Shown in pieces: positions 9,165 to 19,240 of a stretch of DNA of 64,000 nt. Both the position numbers and the translations under genes were made by a program. The notes under the pieces were generated by a model, which worked only from the letters and a program-made list of their open reading frames with translations, made no database searches and was not told the origin of the DNA. The number at the start of each line of letters is the position of its first letter. Positions within the stretch are counted from its first letter, which is position 1. This stretch comes from a virus: IMG/VR virus record IMGVR_UViG_3300018890_000002, positions 17,219 through 81,218 of that record; one strand, given 5' to 3'.

Positions 9165-10202
9165 TTAATATTTTTTGAACAGTAAACGATTTTCAATCAT
9201 CTTTTCTACTTGAAGTTTAGCTAACTCTTCCTCTTCACTATTGACAGAGAAATTAGCTTCTTTCACATACGATGAAAAGTTAATTCTTGGATCTCCACAT
9301 TTTTCATCAGCTTCTAATGCAAATTGAACAGCATAAAGATGAGTAGCTAAATCAACGTTATTTGCTTCTGCATTTTGAGAGAAAGCTGCTACTTGGTCAT
9401 CTTCACGATCAAAAGAACCTAAAAGAAGGTCGTATTTAGCTTTAGATAACCAACGCTCTTGAATTCCTTGTAGAGCATAATCTGAAATATCAGAGAGACG
9501 AGTTTTAAGCTCACTACTTAACTCAAAATCCGCCATTTTAGCTTCTAATTCTTGGACACGTGGATCAATATAAGAATATACTGCTTCTGCATCTGTAGCT
9601 TCCTCAGTATCATCTTCTTCTACTTCCTCTTCTTCGTCTTCCCCATCTTCTTCGTCTTCAGATTCGTAATCATAATCATCTTCTTCATCTTCCAAGACTT
9701 CATTAACGTCTTCTGGGTCTAAATCCCCACGATCAAGAGCAGCCAAGACTTGAAAAGCTAAAGCATCTTCATTACTGGAAGAAGTAGCGCTATAAAGGTC
9801 GTTTAGTATATCAACAAATTCAGGTGTAGGAACTAATTCTCCACTAAATAGTCCTTCAAGTTGTTCTTCATCAATACCTGTAACTTGCATAATATCAATC
9901 ATGCCGTCTTCTAGGGTTTCATAATCATTCTCGATCTGTTCTAGTAATGCAGGAACAAAATAAGTTCTCATATTAAAGTTTGCGTAATTATTTGTCATTG
10001 AATTATTACTATATTCTATTAATTCAGTATCTTTTAATTGAGTTAAATCGGCTAATGATTCTTCTAATTCAGCTAAACTTTTAATCTTATATTGACTAAA
10101 CTCAGCTTCATTAATTTCTCGATTGTTATAAGCAGTTTCTAATCCTTCTACAATTTGATTATAGATTTGAAAAGCTTCTTGTCTTTGTTTTGCTGTTTTC
10201 AT
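9165..10202 (-). CDS. Capsid scaffolding protein (acidic)
   Basis: Highly acidic, helical, D/E tract; position between protease and capsid genes. Confidence 0.6.
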   Translation of the reverse strand: MKTAKQRQEAFQIYNQIVEGLETAYNNREINEAEFSQYKIKSLAELEESLADLTQLKDTELIEYSNNSMTNNYANFNMRTYFVPALLEQIENDYETLEDGMIDIMQVTGIDEEQLEGLFSGELVPTPEFVDILNDLYSATSSSNEDALAFQVLAALDRGDLDPEDVNEVLEDEEDDYDYESEDEEDGEDEEEEVEEDDTEEATDAEAVYSYIDPRVQELEAKMADFELSSELKTRLSDISDYALQGIQERWLSKAKYDLLLGSFDREDDQVAAFSQNAEANNVDLATHLYAVQFALEADEKCGDPRINFSSYVKEANFSVNSEEEELAKLQVEKMIENRLLFKKY

Positions 10203-10205
10203 AAG

Positions 10206-10637
10206 TTATTTACGTTTTCGTCCTTTATCAGACCTCATTTTACGAAGTTTGCTACCTAGTTTTTTAACTAATAGATTTGCATTTATTCTATCTTGAACAG
10301 TTTTAGGTTTACGATTTCGTAATGCTCTAGTTGCAGCATAACCTAATCCACCAGCAACAGCTAGACCTAAACCAGTCTTTATAGGATTAAAACGAGCAGT
10401 TCTCGCAACACCTTGTATTGCTTTACTTACTTTAAGTCCTAGTTTATTTTTACCTTTACCAGGAGTTGCTGCATTAGCTCTAGTAGGAGTTCTAGAATTA
10501 GCATTAGAAGTTTTAGGTAGAGATTCAGACTCAGAAGATTTAGGATTAACTACTTTACTCTGATCTTCCTTATTAGGGAAGTAGGATAATTTACCTTTAT
10601 TTGGGTCTATTCTTCGTTCAAAGTTAATAAAATTCAT
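10206..10637 (-). CDS. Basic protein with one Gly-rich hydrophobic helix
   Basis: GLGLAVAGGLGYAA...KPKTVQDR matches the neighbour; C-terminal RSDKGRKRK. Confidence 0.7.
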   Translation of the reverse strand: MNFINFERRIDPNKGKLSYFPNKEDQSKVVNPKSSESESLPKTSNANSRTPTRANAATPGKGKNKLGLKVSKAIQGVARTARFNPIKTGLGLAVAGGLGYAATRALRNRKPKTVQDRINANLLVKKLGSKLRKMRSDKGRKRK

Positions 10638-10642
10638 ATTTA

Positions 10643-10990
10643 TTACCTAAACATTTTAGAAGCTTGACTCAACATAGAATTTTTCTTTGCTGCACCTTTA
10701 AGTCGATCTTGAAGAGATTTAGGCTTCTTCATTGCTTTCATTCCGGCCATTCCTAATCCACCAGCAGCAGCTAATGCACCAAGAGCTAAACCCGCTTTTC
10801 CTTTATTTGCACCAATTGCGCCAACTGCTCTACCTACTCTCGCCCCCGCTTGACGTGCAGCATTTTGGACTTTGTAGTTTTTAGTAACAGCATCTCCAGA
10901 AAGTTTAATTGCTCCACCTGGAACAGCAGCTCCTTTCTTTTGAGCTACCGCGGATACTGAATATTTACCTGTGTTTGTTCGTCTTGCCAT
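10643..10990 (-). CDS. Basic Gly/Ala-rich protein, paralog of 10206..10637
   Basis: GLALGALAAAGGLGMAG...KPKSLQDR; start moved to ATG 10990. Confidence 0.7.
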   Translation of the reverse strand: MARRTNTGKYSVSAVAQKKGAAVPGGAIKLSGDAVTKNYKVQNAARQAGARVGRAVGAIGANKGKAGLALGALAAAGGLGMAGMKAMKKPKSLQDRLKGAAKKNSMLSQASKMFR

Positions 10991-10997
10991 AATTTTT

Positions 10998-11987
10998 TTA
11001 TTTTTTATATTGTGTAAATTGAATTCGCTTAGAAGCGTTGCTAAACGCAATTAATTCTGAAGAAAACCCATAAGTTCTAGTTTTAGGTATTCCTGGTCTT
11101 TGTTGAGCAACTGGAGCTTGAGGAGCCACAGGTTGTTCAGGAGGAGCAAGAAACATTTCTGCTAATCTTGCACTTAAATCATCAATAGCGCTTTGAATCA
11201 CTTCCGAAGCATCTTGGATTCCCATTGAAGCCATTTCTTCTTCATCTATTTCATTAGCACTTTCTACTACTTCTAGAAAAGCAGTAAAGACTTTCATTGC
11301 TTCTTCTCTTTGTTCTTCTATACTTTGAGAGCTGTTAAGAGCTTCTTCTAGTGATAGAGCATAATTACTTTCATTTAATCCTTTAGCAACTAAGAGATTT
11401 TTATTTTTTACTTTTTTCATGTTAGGGATAGATTCGTAAGAACTCCTCTTAGGAGATTTACTTCCATAATAACTAAAAAGTGTAGCATTTGGAATCGCAG
11501 GTAAAGCAACTAAAGATAATTCCTTAATAGAGAAAGAGTCTAAATCTATTCCAGCCGAAACTGTTTTAGCTAATCCTCTCTTCATCCTATCAATAATTTC
11601 AGGAGTTTTAATAACTACATCTTTTACGAATACTCCTACTCTTCCTAATAAGTGTTTTAGTTTAGGATTACCTTTAGTATAAACCTCATCTATTACTCTA
11701 GCTTCAACAGGAGATTCAATAAATCCTACCACATTATTAACATCTTTTTTATGTTCAGTTAATACAGGAATACCAACTTCTGACATATTGAAGTGTTTAT
11801 TAGTATTTTCTACTAATCTATAAATCTTATCAGGTGAGAAATCATGAGATACTTTTCTACTATCTACATGAGGAGAATTCTCTAATGTTGAGTAAAATAT
11901 TAAACCTTCTTTAGTTAACGAATTTGGATCATTATTCTCTACTTCTTTTAATGGAGTAGGAATAGTATTAAAATGGATAATTGTCAT
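10998..11987 (-). CDS. Prohead (capsid maturation) protease
   Basis: IPVLTEH (His), KTVSAGID (Ser), IKELSLVALPAIPNA: herpes/HK97/Mu-I type protease motifs. Confidence 0.8.
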   Translation of the reverse strand: MTIIHFNTIPTPLKEVENNDPNSLTKEGLIFYSTLENSPHVDSRKVSHDFSPDKIYRLVENTNKHFNMSEVGIPVLTEHKKDVNNVVGFIESPVEARVIDEVYTKGNPKLKHLLGRVGVFVKDVVIKTPEIIDRMKRGLAKTVSAGIDLDSFSIKELSLVALPAIPNATLFSYYGSKSPKRSSYESIPNMKKVKNKNLLVAKGLNESNYALSLEEALNSSQSIEEQREEAMKVFTAFLEVVESANEIDEEEMASMGIQDASEVIQSAIDDLSARLAEMFLAPPEQPVAPQAPVAQQRPGIPKTRTYGFSSELIAFSNASKRIQFTQYKK

Positions 11988-12220
11988 TTCTTTTTCTTAA
12001 GTAATCCCATTCCTGCACCTACAAGCAAACCACCAATAGCAGCAGAACGTTGAATAGTAGGAGCTTTCTTTTCTCCTTTCCTAATCTTACCTTTTACTAA
12101 CACTGGTATTTTAGTATCATTTCCACCTAAAGCATATCCAGTACCCCAACCTACTCCTGCGCCTGTGCCTGCTAATTTAGCTCCATTCTTAATTCTGTTA
12201 TATATTTTCCTAGCTAACAT
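11984..12220 (-). CDS. Small Gly-rich two-helix basic protein
   Basis: GAGVGWGTGYALGG and AAIGGLLVGAGMGLL segments, poly-K end. Confidence 0.65.
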   Translation of the reverse strand: MLARKIYNRIKNGAKLAGTGAGVGWGTGYALGGNDTKIPVLVKGKIRKGEKKAPTIQRSAAIGGLLVGAGMGLLKKKK

Positions 12221-12308
12221 TTTATAGTTATTTATCTTATATATTTTTGTTATAGCATTCTTCTTTATGTTACTATTTTTATTATTATAGTAATTCTTTT
12301 AGAGAATA

Positions 12309-12572
12309 ATGTCTCAGGTCAATACCAAATTTGGTAAACAGTTAAAAAGTTACAGGGAAGATAGAAAGTTGAATCAAATAGAGTTTGGTAAAATCTTATC
12401 TTACTCTCAAGCTGAGTTAAGTAAAATAGAAAATGGAAAGATAGATATAACAATGAATCAGTATCTTCAAATTATCAAAACTTTAGAAAGATATACTTAT
12501 TTAAACTATCTATCACTTATAACTAAATTGAAAATAGAATCCCTCTTAGTCTTTAAACATAATATTATGTAA
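12309..12572 (+). CDS. XRE-family HTH transcriptional regulator
   Basis: FGKQLKSYREDRKLNQIEFGKILSYSQAELSKIENGK. Confidence 0.85.
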   Translation: MSQVNTKFGKQLKSYREDRKLNQIEFGKILSYSQAELSKIENGKIDITMNQYLQIIKTLERYTYLNYLSLITKLKIESLLVFKHNIM

Positions 12573-15470
12573 ACTCTTTATTTTTGGAATGTTGCGAATC
12601 TTATCTAGTAATATAGTATTTTTATTTTGCTCATATGAGCTACTAAATTGAATATCACTACTAACAGTTCTTTCAAAATTATTAAGTTTTTCTAACATAT
12701 CATCTAATTCAGAGAGATAAGACTCGTAAGACTTTTTAATTGTTAAAACATTACTAATCTCTTTATAAGTAGAATCTAATTTTTCTATATCGCTTTCACT
12801 CCAAACTCCTTTACTATATTGATAACCCGTTTTAGCTTTATTACTTATTTCTGACCTATATAAGTTACTAAAATTCTCTAAGTTATCTACATTATCAAAC
12901 TTTTGTAATTGTCCTAAGACTTTTTCTTTTTCAGCTAAGACCTGTCTCATATAGGTTTTCTGAGTATCTATAAGAGCTGCTCTATCCGCTAAACTTGAAG
13001 AATCTAACCTTTGCTTGCTAATATTTCGTATATTATCAATATTTAATCGATTATCATTTAATTCTCTTTTAATTTTATTAACACTGCTAACTACAGAATC
13101 TAATGTTTTAGTAGCTTTACTTATAGGTTGAATAGTAGTAGGAGTATTTTTTAATTGCTCAGCTCTAGCTCTAGTATCTCTCCCTTTTAAGTTTTTATCT
13201 ACTAACCTACTTTCTTTAGATTGTCGATTATTTATATTTTGTACTTCTTTACTGAGATTTCGTTCTATATTTTTTAACTGCTTATTACTACTGTTTAATA
13301 CTTGTGTACTTTTAAGATTGTTTAATGCGTCTTCTAAAGTAATATCTTGAGGTAAATCTTTTCTATTACTAAGAATTGCTTGTTTTGCACTTATATTTAA
13401 ATTTGCATTAATATCAGTCACATTTGATTTTTTAGTCTTAGTAGTATCTAAAAACTGTCTAAGCTCTAATTCATATTTTTGTTTTGCTTCTAAATAAGAG
13501 TTATAAAGATTATCTAAATCTAATCCATCCAACTGTCCTTGTATTATTCTATCTCTTATGGTTTGGTAATCTCTCTTAGACTTTAGCACTGTACCTAATT
13601 TACCAATATATTCAGAATTATCTAATATTACATCTTTAATAGTAAAATCTAAAATCTTACCTACAGGAAATTTCTTATTAGCTAACTGGGTATCTATTTT
13701 TTTTATTACTGGGTTTTTAATGTTAGAAGTGTTGATACTACTAGGTAATTCATCTGCAAAGTCCAATATTTCTTGCATAGTATTTTCATCTAAGTTATCT
13801 ACAAAACCTTTTAATAAAGATCTTTGGTTTTCTTCTACTAAATCTGGTAAAGGTGTAAGACCTCTATTCGGGTTATAAGGATTAAGATTAGGATTGTCAG
13901 ATGTCTGTGTTCCTATATCGTTGGGAATTTTAATCTTAGGAGTAGTTTTAGGAATAGTAGGTTGAGCAGTAGGAGTTTGAGGAACTTTAACTCTATTTCT
14001 AGCTAATTTAGAATATGCAACATAAGCAATACCTACACCTAATAATCCTACTCCTCCTATAATTAATTTCTTAATAAAGGGGTCATCATAAAATGTGTCA
14101 TCTTTAACAGGATTAGCTAAACTATTTGCAACTACTTGGTTTTTTAATAGCTCAGAAACTTCACTTAGTAAACTTGGTTCTGTATCTTCTTCCTCTTGCT
14201 CTACTCCTACGAAATAACACCAACACGATACATGAAAAGGTGGAGCAGCAGAATACAACTTACCATCAGATTCAACTTCTCCATATCTAGTAGCGGTATC
14301 CGGTTTATATAGATCAGATATTAGAAATTCTTCACCATTCTTCTCTTTACAGTAAGTACAAAGAATCGGCATATAAGCTTTTTTATCTTTTGACTGATAA
14401 GCTTTCGGGATACTACCAAAAGTGTTGATAGCTATAGTTCTATTGTTCCTATTTTCAGCTTCATTTACTACTCTTACTTTTGTATAACCTAACTCTTCTA
14501 ATTTCTTTAATCTTCCTAAATTGTAAGCAAGGGATATTTCAGTCTCAGCTATTCTTTTCACTCTACCTATATTAATTAATTTATTTTTTGGGGTGGTGTC
14601 TGTTGGGTCTAATGTATCTCTAGTTAAATCTTTGAATAAAATTGATTCTCTAGTATTAGGTCTATTACCTGCAAGATTATTAAAGTATTTTTTTATACTA
14701 TTCACAATAGATTCTTTATGATCTTGAGAATATCTAGCTCCTAAGACTAAAGTTCTTTTTTCCTGGTAAATAGTACCAAACTCACTAGAATTTAATATAT
14801 CAATATCTCCAGGTCTTGATACAGTTGATATATTTCTACTAGCGATCTTAAGTTCCATATTTCTAACAGATTCTTGTAAATCTCTAGCTCTAACTTCTAC
14901 AGACTTAAACTTTTGAGTTCTTTTATCTTTACTTTTATTATCAATTGAACCTAAAAACTGGTTAAGCTGTTCACTAAGAAAATCTAGAGCTTTATCAATA
15001 TTATCTATCTCTTTTGAGTTTTGTTTAGTAGTAGGTTTACTAAGTTGTTTAGCCAACTCTTTTTCTTGTCTAGCTACCTCAATATTAATTCTTTTTAACT
15101 GCGCTCTTTGTGTCTTAGCGTCTGTAATAGCTCTTAAGACATTAGCTTCTTCATTAAAAGTAACTAAATCACGACTAGAATTGAATTTTATTTTCTTTCC
15201 TTCATTTTGAATGACATCTTTCTGACCTAACATCCAGTGATAATTCCATAACTCATCTAAAGCAGATTTAATAATAACTGTTGGAGCTTTTAAATCTTTT
15301 TCAATATCTTTTATGACTGAAGAATCTAAATTATCTAACTTTTTTTTATGAGGTGTTAAAAAACTAATATTGAATTGTTGTAACTTTTTCTCAACAGTAT
15401 TAACAAAGCTTACTAAATATTTACTATCTAGTGAGCTTTTATTCTTCTCTTTCTTCAACTTGCTTGTCAT
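12546..15470 (-). CDS. Head morphogenesis protein (Mu gpF/SPP1 gp7 domain) with TM segment and long coiled-coil extension
   Basis: RVKRIAETEISLAYNLGR...CTYC...NGEEF...PPFHVSCWC; IIGGVGLLGVGIAYVAY. Confidence 0.8.
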   Translation of the reverse strand: MTSKLKKEKNKSSLDSKYLVSFVNTVEKKLQQFNISFLTPHKKKLDNLDSSVIKDIEKDLKAPTVIIKSALDELWNYHWMLGQKDVIQNEGKKIKFNSSRDLVTFNEEANVLRAITDAKTQRAQLKRINIEVARQEKELAKQLSKPTTKQNSKEIDNIDKALDFLSEQLNQFLGSIDNKSKDKRTQKFKSVEVRARDLQESVRNMELKIASRNISTVSRPGDIDILNSSEFGTIYQEKRTLVLGARYSQDHKESIVNSIKKYFNNLAGNRPNTRESILFKDLTRDTLDPTDTTPKNKLINIGRVKRIAETEISLAYNLGRLKKLEELGYTKVRVVNEAENRNNRTIAINTFGSIPKAYQSKDKKAYMPILCTYCKEKNGEEFLISDLYKPDTATRYGEVESDGKLYSAAPPFHVSCWCYFVGVEQEEEDTEPSLLSEVSELLKNQVVANSLANPVKDDTFYDDPFIKKLIIGGVGLLGVGIAYVAYSKLARNRVKVPQTPTAQPTIPKTTPKIKIPNDIGTQTSDNPNLNPYNPNRGLTPLPDLVEENQRSLLKGFVDNLDENTMQEILDFADELPSSINTSNIKNPVIKKIDTQLANKKFPVGKILDFTIKDVILDNSEYIGKLGTVLKSKRDYQTIRDRIIQGQLDGLDLDNLYNSYLEAKQKYELELRQFLDTTKTKKSNVTDINANLNISAKQAILSNRKDLPQDITLEDALNNLKSTQVLNSSNKQLKNIERNLSKEVQNINNRQSKESRLVDKNLKGRDTRARAEQLKNTPTTIQPISKATKTLDSVVSSVNKIKRELNDNRLNIDNIRNISKQRLDSSSLADRAALIDTQKTYMRQVLAEKEKVLGQLQKFDNVDNLENFSNLYRSEISNKAKTGYQYSKGVWSESDIEKLDSTYKEISNVLTIKKSYESYLSELDDMLEKLNNFERTVSSDIQFSSSYEQNKNTILLDKIRNIPKIKSLHNIMFKD

Positions 15471-15526
15471 TTATAAATTCCTGCAATATAATATATCAAT
15501 ACCATAACAAATGTAAAAAAAACTAT

Positions 15527-15898
15527 ATGACCACTCAATTTTCTAAGATCGAAAAAAAAGGTCTAATTGTTCGAGTTCAAGATAAAGTAAAAACAGCAGG
15601 TAAATCACTTATCTCTCAAGCTTTACTCTCAATAATTTTTGATGCAGTATTTGATGTAATTTCAGAAGTATTAGCAGAAGGTAATGAAGTAACTACTAAG
15701 CTAGGAGTATTTAAACTCAAAACTGTAAAAGATGCTAATAGACGAGATATTGGTAATAATACTACTTTACCAGTTAAAGGATATTACCGCCCCCGCCTAG
15801 CCCTTAATAATAGGATTCGTAAAGAGTTTATGTCTAGAGGTTTTTCTTTCTTACCATCAACTATTAAGACTGAGATTGAAGAAACTAATAACGGTTAG
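15527..15898 (+). CDS. HU/IHF-like DNA-binding protein
   Basis: VFDVISEVLAEGNEVTTKLGVFKLK...RRDIGNNTTLPV...RPRL; start moved to ATG 15527. Confidence 0.8.
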   Translation: MTTQFSKIEKKGLIVRVQDKVKTAGKSLISQALLSIIFDAVFDVISEVLAEGNEVTTKLGVFKLKTVKDANRRDIGNNTTLPVKGYYRPRLALNNRIRKEFMSRGFSFLPSTIKTEIEETNNG

Positions 15899-17481
15899 AA
15901 CTTAAATCTACTATTAGTAACTAAACCGAATATTTGAGGAGGAGGACTATCGTTAAAGATATTTCTCCTTTGTTTTATGTAATCAGGAATAGTTACTTGA
16001 CTTTCTTCTGTACTAACTCCTCTTCCATTTCGTTCTAACCACAAGATACCATAACAGAAAGCATCCATGATATCGTCATATCTAGTAAGAGGAAATGTTA
16101 CTATCTGGTCTTTTAGGTTCTCTATTTTTTCGCAAGCTTCTTTAGTAGGAAAATATATCTTACCCGCCATAAAGGAGGGAAGTGTAGCTTTCAATCTATT
16201 TTCTTTCTCGTTACCATAGTCTTTAGGTTCTAACGCAATAATTCCAGGAATCTCTTTAGAAAGTACGTGAATCAAAGCAGCACCCATACTCTTCTTCTCA
16301 ATCAACTTATAAGAGATTGGATATTTAGCTAATAGCTTTTTAACTTCTAATATTTGATCGTCAAACCCTAATCTTTTTTCTACCACGTCCACTACATAAT
16401 ATTTTCCCTCATATGTACCAAACACTACTAACCCAGTAAAGCAAGCAGTATCTTCTACAGACTCAGCTAAGTCTGCTGCTAGTATATATTGGTCATACGG
16501 TGGAGTATTCTGATACTCTTTAAAATACTTACTAGAGATAACATTACCAGAAACACCTCTAACGTTTTGTTGACATTGACGTTCAAATTCAATAGAAGTC
16601 ATTTCGATTTCCATTCTACGAACTTCATCTATAGTTAGGAGTTCTGGAATCAATATCTCACCAGTTGTCTTTCTCCAATCTTTAAAACCCAGCTTAGTAT
16701 TACTATTCGACATTCCCGTATATAACAAAGGTAATTCTAATACGTCAAAACCACCCATCTCTTTTAAATAATTAGAGGTATCATCTTCTCTTAGTCGTTG
16801 TTGAATTAAGATAAAGACTTTCTCTTCACTTGTCTTATCTAAACGGGAAATAAGAGTCTCTCCAATAAATTGATTAGTTCTTGTATTAACTTTTTTACTT
16901 TTTGCCTCAGAAGCTTTAAGAGGGTCATCTAGGATAATTACATCTGCTCCTTTACCAGTAATAGAACCACCAATACCTACAGTAGATCTATCTCCTCTAT
17001 AGCTATTAAGAAGATACTTCTCATTATCCGAAATAATTTTTAATGGGAAATCTATATATTCCTCCATACTGTTTTGTACTAGGTTGTAGTAATCATGTTT
17101 AACCAGATTTCTAAATTTTTCAGAGCAAACTTTAGCAATGTCAAAGGTGTAACTACAATAGATAAATCTAAGATAAGGTTTCTTCAACCACCAATACGCA
17201 GGAAAATAGACTCCAGTTAATAGAGTTTTCATTGTACGAGGACTAATATTAATGATTAATCTCTTAATCTGTCCAGCCATAACAGCTTCTAAATGCTCAC
17301 ACAAAGCTCCTGCTAATCGACTATCTCTGAAATCATGCGTCTCTACATGATCGAATCCAACCTTAAGAAAATCGTATAAGGAGTTAGAAGCACCAATATA
17401 CTTTTGTTGATTCTGAAAAAACTTAATCTCTTCTTCTAGAAATTTAATTTTATCTATTTCTGATCTTTTTCTATTCGCCAT
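15895..17481 (-). CDS. terL: Terminase large subunit
   Basis: LIINISPRTMKT Walker A, ITGKGADVIILDDP Walker B, IQQRLREDD, C-terminal nuclease FPLTRYDDIMDA. Confidence 0.95.
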   Translation of the reverse strand: MANRKRSEIDKIKFLEEEIKFFQNQQKYIGASNSLYDFLKVGFDHVETHDFRDSRLAGALCEHLEAVMAGQIKRLIINISPRTMKTLLTGVYFPAYWWLKKPYLRFIYCSYTFDIAKVCSEKFRNLVKHDYYNLVQNSMEEYIDFPLKIISDNEKYLLNSYRGDRSTVGIGGSITGKGADVIILDDPLKASEAKSKKVNTRTNQFIGETLISRLDKTSEEKVFILIQQRLREDDTSNYLKEMGGFDVLELPLLYTGMSNSNTKLGFKDWRKTTGEILIPELLTIDEVRRMEIEMTSIEFERQCQQNVRGVSGNVISSKYFKEYQNTPPYDQYILAADLAESVEDTACFTGLVVFGTYEGKYYVVDVVEKRLGFDDQILEVKKLLAKYPISYKLIEKKSMGAALIHVLSKEIPGIIALEPKDYGNEKENRLKATLPSFMAGKIYFPTKEACEKIENLKDQIVTFPLTRYDDIMDAFCYGILWLERNGRGVSTEESQVTIPDYIKQRRNIFNDSPPPQIFGLVTNSRFKF

Positions 17482-17529
17482 TGCAATGATATAATAAATA
17501 ATACTCTAACTAAATGATAACTGAAAAAC

Positions 17530-17724
17530 ATGATCACAACTAAAACTATAAATGGAAGAAAGCTAATTACATCTTGTACTTTAGCTAATTGTTGCTTAAC
17601 TTTTGAGGAACTAGAAAATGGGGATGTAAAACTCACTAATGAAAAGAATCAAGAATTAATTTGCTCTAGAGATGAACTAATTGAATTAGCTAATTACATC
17701 AAGAAAGAAGTTCCTGTTCTCTAA
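17530..17724 (+). CDS. Small hypothetical protein (Cys-containing)
   Basis: SCTLANCC; followed by a terminator. Confidence 0.6.
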   Translation: MITTKTINGRKLITSCTLANCCLTFEELENGDVKLTNEKNQELICSRDELIELANYIKKEVPVL

Positions 17725-17748
17725 TTTCACTTGCTACAATGTTGGAAG

Positions 17749-17775
17749 AATCTCTGCTTAGGCGGGGATTTTTAT
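17749..17775 (+). terminator. Intrinsic terminator
   Basis: AATCTCTGC-TTAG-GCGGGGATT followed by a T-tract. Confidence 0.6.
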
Positions 17776-17783
17776 TTTTAGTA

Positions 17784-18194
17784 ATGGAAGAAAATACAAT
17801 GTTTGATTTATCTCCTAACGTCGATTTATTACCAGCTACAAACCATCATAAAGAAAGAGAACAAAGATTATTTGATTATTTAGTAACAGAACTTGACTCA
17901 AATATATTGATTAATATAGCTAGTCATTACTGGATTTCACTAAAAATGAAAGTTTGGGATAATTCTAAACAAATATTAGAAGTCCCTGATTGCTGTCCTA
18001 GTAATGATGATTCTAGAGTTATGTTTACTTGGGATAAAGATGAACACTATTTAGAATGCGAAATAATTATTGATGGTACTAAAGAGTTCTTCTATAGAAA
18101 TCGAATCACTAAAGAAGCTATGGGGGAAGATTACTTTCCTAGTGCTAATATTTCTGAGGATATTTTAAAGAAGTTACAACTATTTGTAGAGTAA
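17784..18194 (+). CDS. Hypothetical protein, paralog of 18198..18566
   Basis: Shared WDK(D/E)xxYLxxE(I/V) and KLxLF; start moved past the terminator. Confidence 0.7.
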   Translation: MEENTMFDLSPNVDLLPATNHHKEREQRLFDYLVTELDSNILINIASHYWISLKMKVWDNSKQILEVPDCCPSNDDSRVMFTWDKDEHYLECEIIIDGTKEFFYRNRITKEAMGEDYFPSANISEDILKKLQLFVE

Positions 18195-18197
18195 TAT

Positions 18198-18566
18198 ATG
18201 TTAGATGAAGTAGTTAATTATTTGGAATCTAATAGAGAGTTAGTAATTAAAATAGATTCTAGTGACTTAGTAGATACAGCTATCAAAGCTTGGAATTTCA
18301 TTAAAGAAGATTTTAGAGAGCAATATAATAAAAAGCTAGTTAGTCCAGAAATTCAGTTTGATACTACTAACTTGGAGTATTTACAAGCAAATCTAGTCTG
18401 GGATAAAGAGTCTTATTACTTAAGAATAGAAGTTGTTGAGAATATGTCTTATTGCTACATTTATTTTGAAGACAACGTTGAGAGAGTAACCTTAGATAAG
18501 TGGTATACTTTAAATACTCCACTACCCGATTGGCTAATTAATAAACTTTCACTATTTATTTACTAA
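18198..18566 (+). CDS. Hypothetical protein, paralog of 17784..18194
   Basis: LVWDKESYYLRIEV...KLSLF. Confidence 0.7.
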   Translation: MLDEVVNYLESNRELVIKIDSSDLVDTAIKAWNFIKEDFREQYNKKLVSPEIQFDTTNLEYLQANLVWDKESYYLRIEVVENMSYCYIYFEDNVERVTLDKWYTLNTPLPDWLINKLSLFIY

Positions 18567-18601
18567 ACCCAAAAGCATCTACTCACGTATTTCTAATTAT
18601 C

Positions 18602-18829
18602 ATGAAAAACTATTCTATTGAAGTTACAGAATCTATTCCAAAACCTAAGATAAGAGAACAAACTCCTAAGACTAATTCTTTCTCTTGGGGTATTTTATTC
18701 TTAGCTATACTCGCTACATTTATCCTCTTTCCTGAATCAGTAGACACAGTTAACGACTATTATAAACAACAGAAAGAACAATATCACTTAAGAGAAAATA
18801 AAAATGATTACTATCTCAGAACCAAATGA
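18602..18829 (+). CDS. Small single-TM protein
   Basis: WGILFLAILATFILFP. Confidence 0.6.
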   Translation: MKNYSIEVTESIPKPKIREQTPKTNSFSWGILFLAILATFILFPESVDTVNDYYKQQKEQYHLRENKNDYYLRTK

Positions 18830-19034
18830 TAAACGTACAGCTAATTTACTCAAAGGACTAAGAACACTTTTTAACGCGAACGATAATAATGTTGTTGACC
18901 CTTTATCTTATCCTGGTACCGTAGAAGTAAAAATAGTGTATAGATTAAATATTCAGGAAGTGATATATCTAGAGTATTTAGGATGGGAACAATTAGAGGA
19001 TAATGTGATTTGGAGATTTAAGTTAAATAGTTGA
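18804..19034 (+). CDS. Hypothetical protein
   Basis: ORF in operon. Confidence 0.55.
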   Translation: MITISEPNDKRTANLLKGLRTLFNANDNNVVDPLSYPGTVEVKIVYRLNIQEVIYLEYLGWEQLEDNVIWRFKLNS

Positions 19035-19059
19035 CAATTTAAAATGAGAAAACTATAAT
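19031..19059 (+). promoter_or_regulatory. Consensus sigma70 promoter upstream of the tRNA
   Basis: TTGACA-17 nt-TATAAT. Confidence 0.8.
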
Positions 19060-19168
19060 TAAAAGTGTTGTTAGAACTTTGTATTTATTATGAATTTCTT
19101 AACATACATTTGGTTCGATAGTTCATAGTACCAACAAAAGGGAGGATGAAATGTCTTCCCTTACTTTC

Positions 19169-19240
19169 AAGTCCATAGTTTAGTAGATAGAATACGGAAC
19201 TTCTAATTCCATGACCTCAGTGCGATTCTGAGTGGACTTA
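19169..19240 (+). tRNA. tRNA-Arg(UCU), no encoded CCA, atypical T-loop
   Basis: Acceptor AAGTCCA/TGGACTT, D-arm GTTT/GAAT, anticodon loop CTTCTAA, T-arm CTCAG-TGCGATT-CTGAG. Confidence 0.85.
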
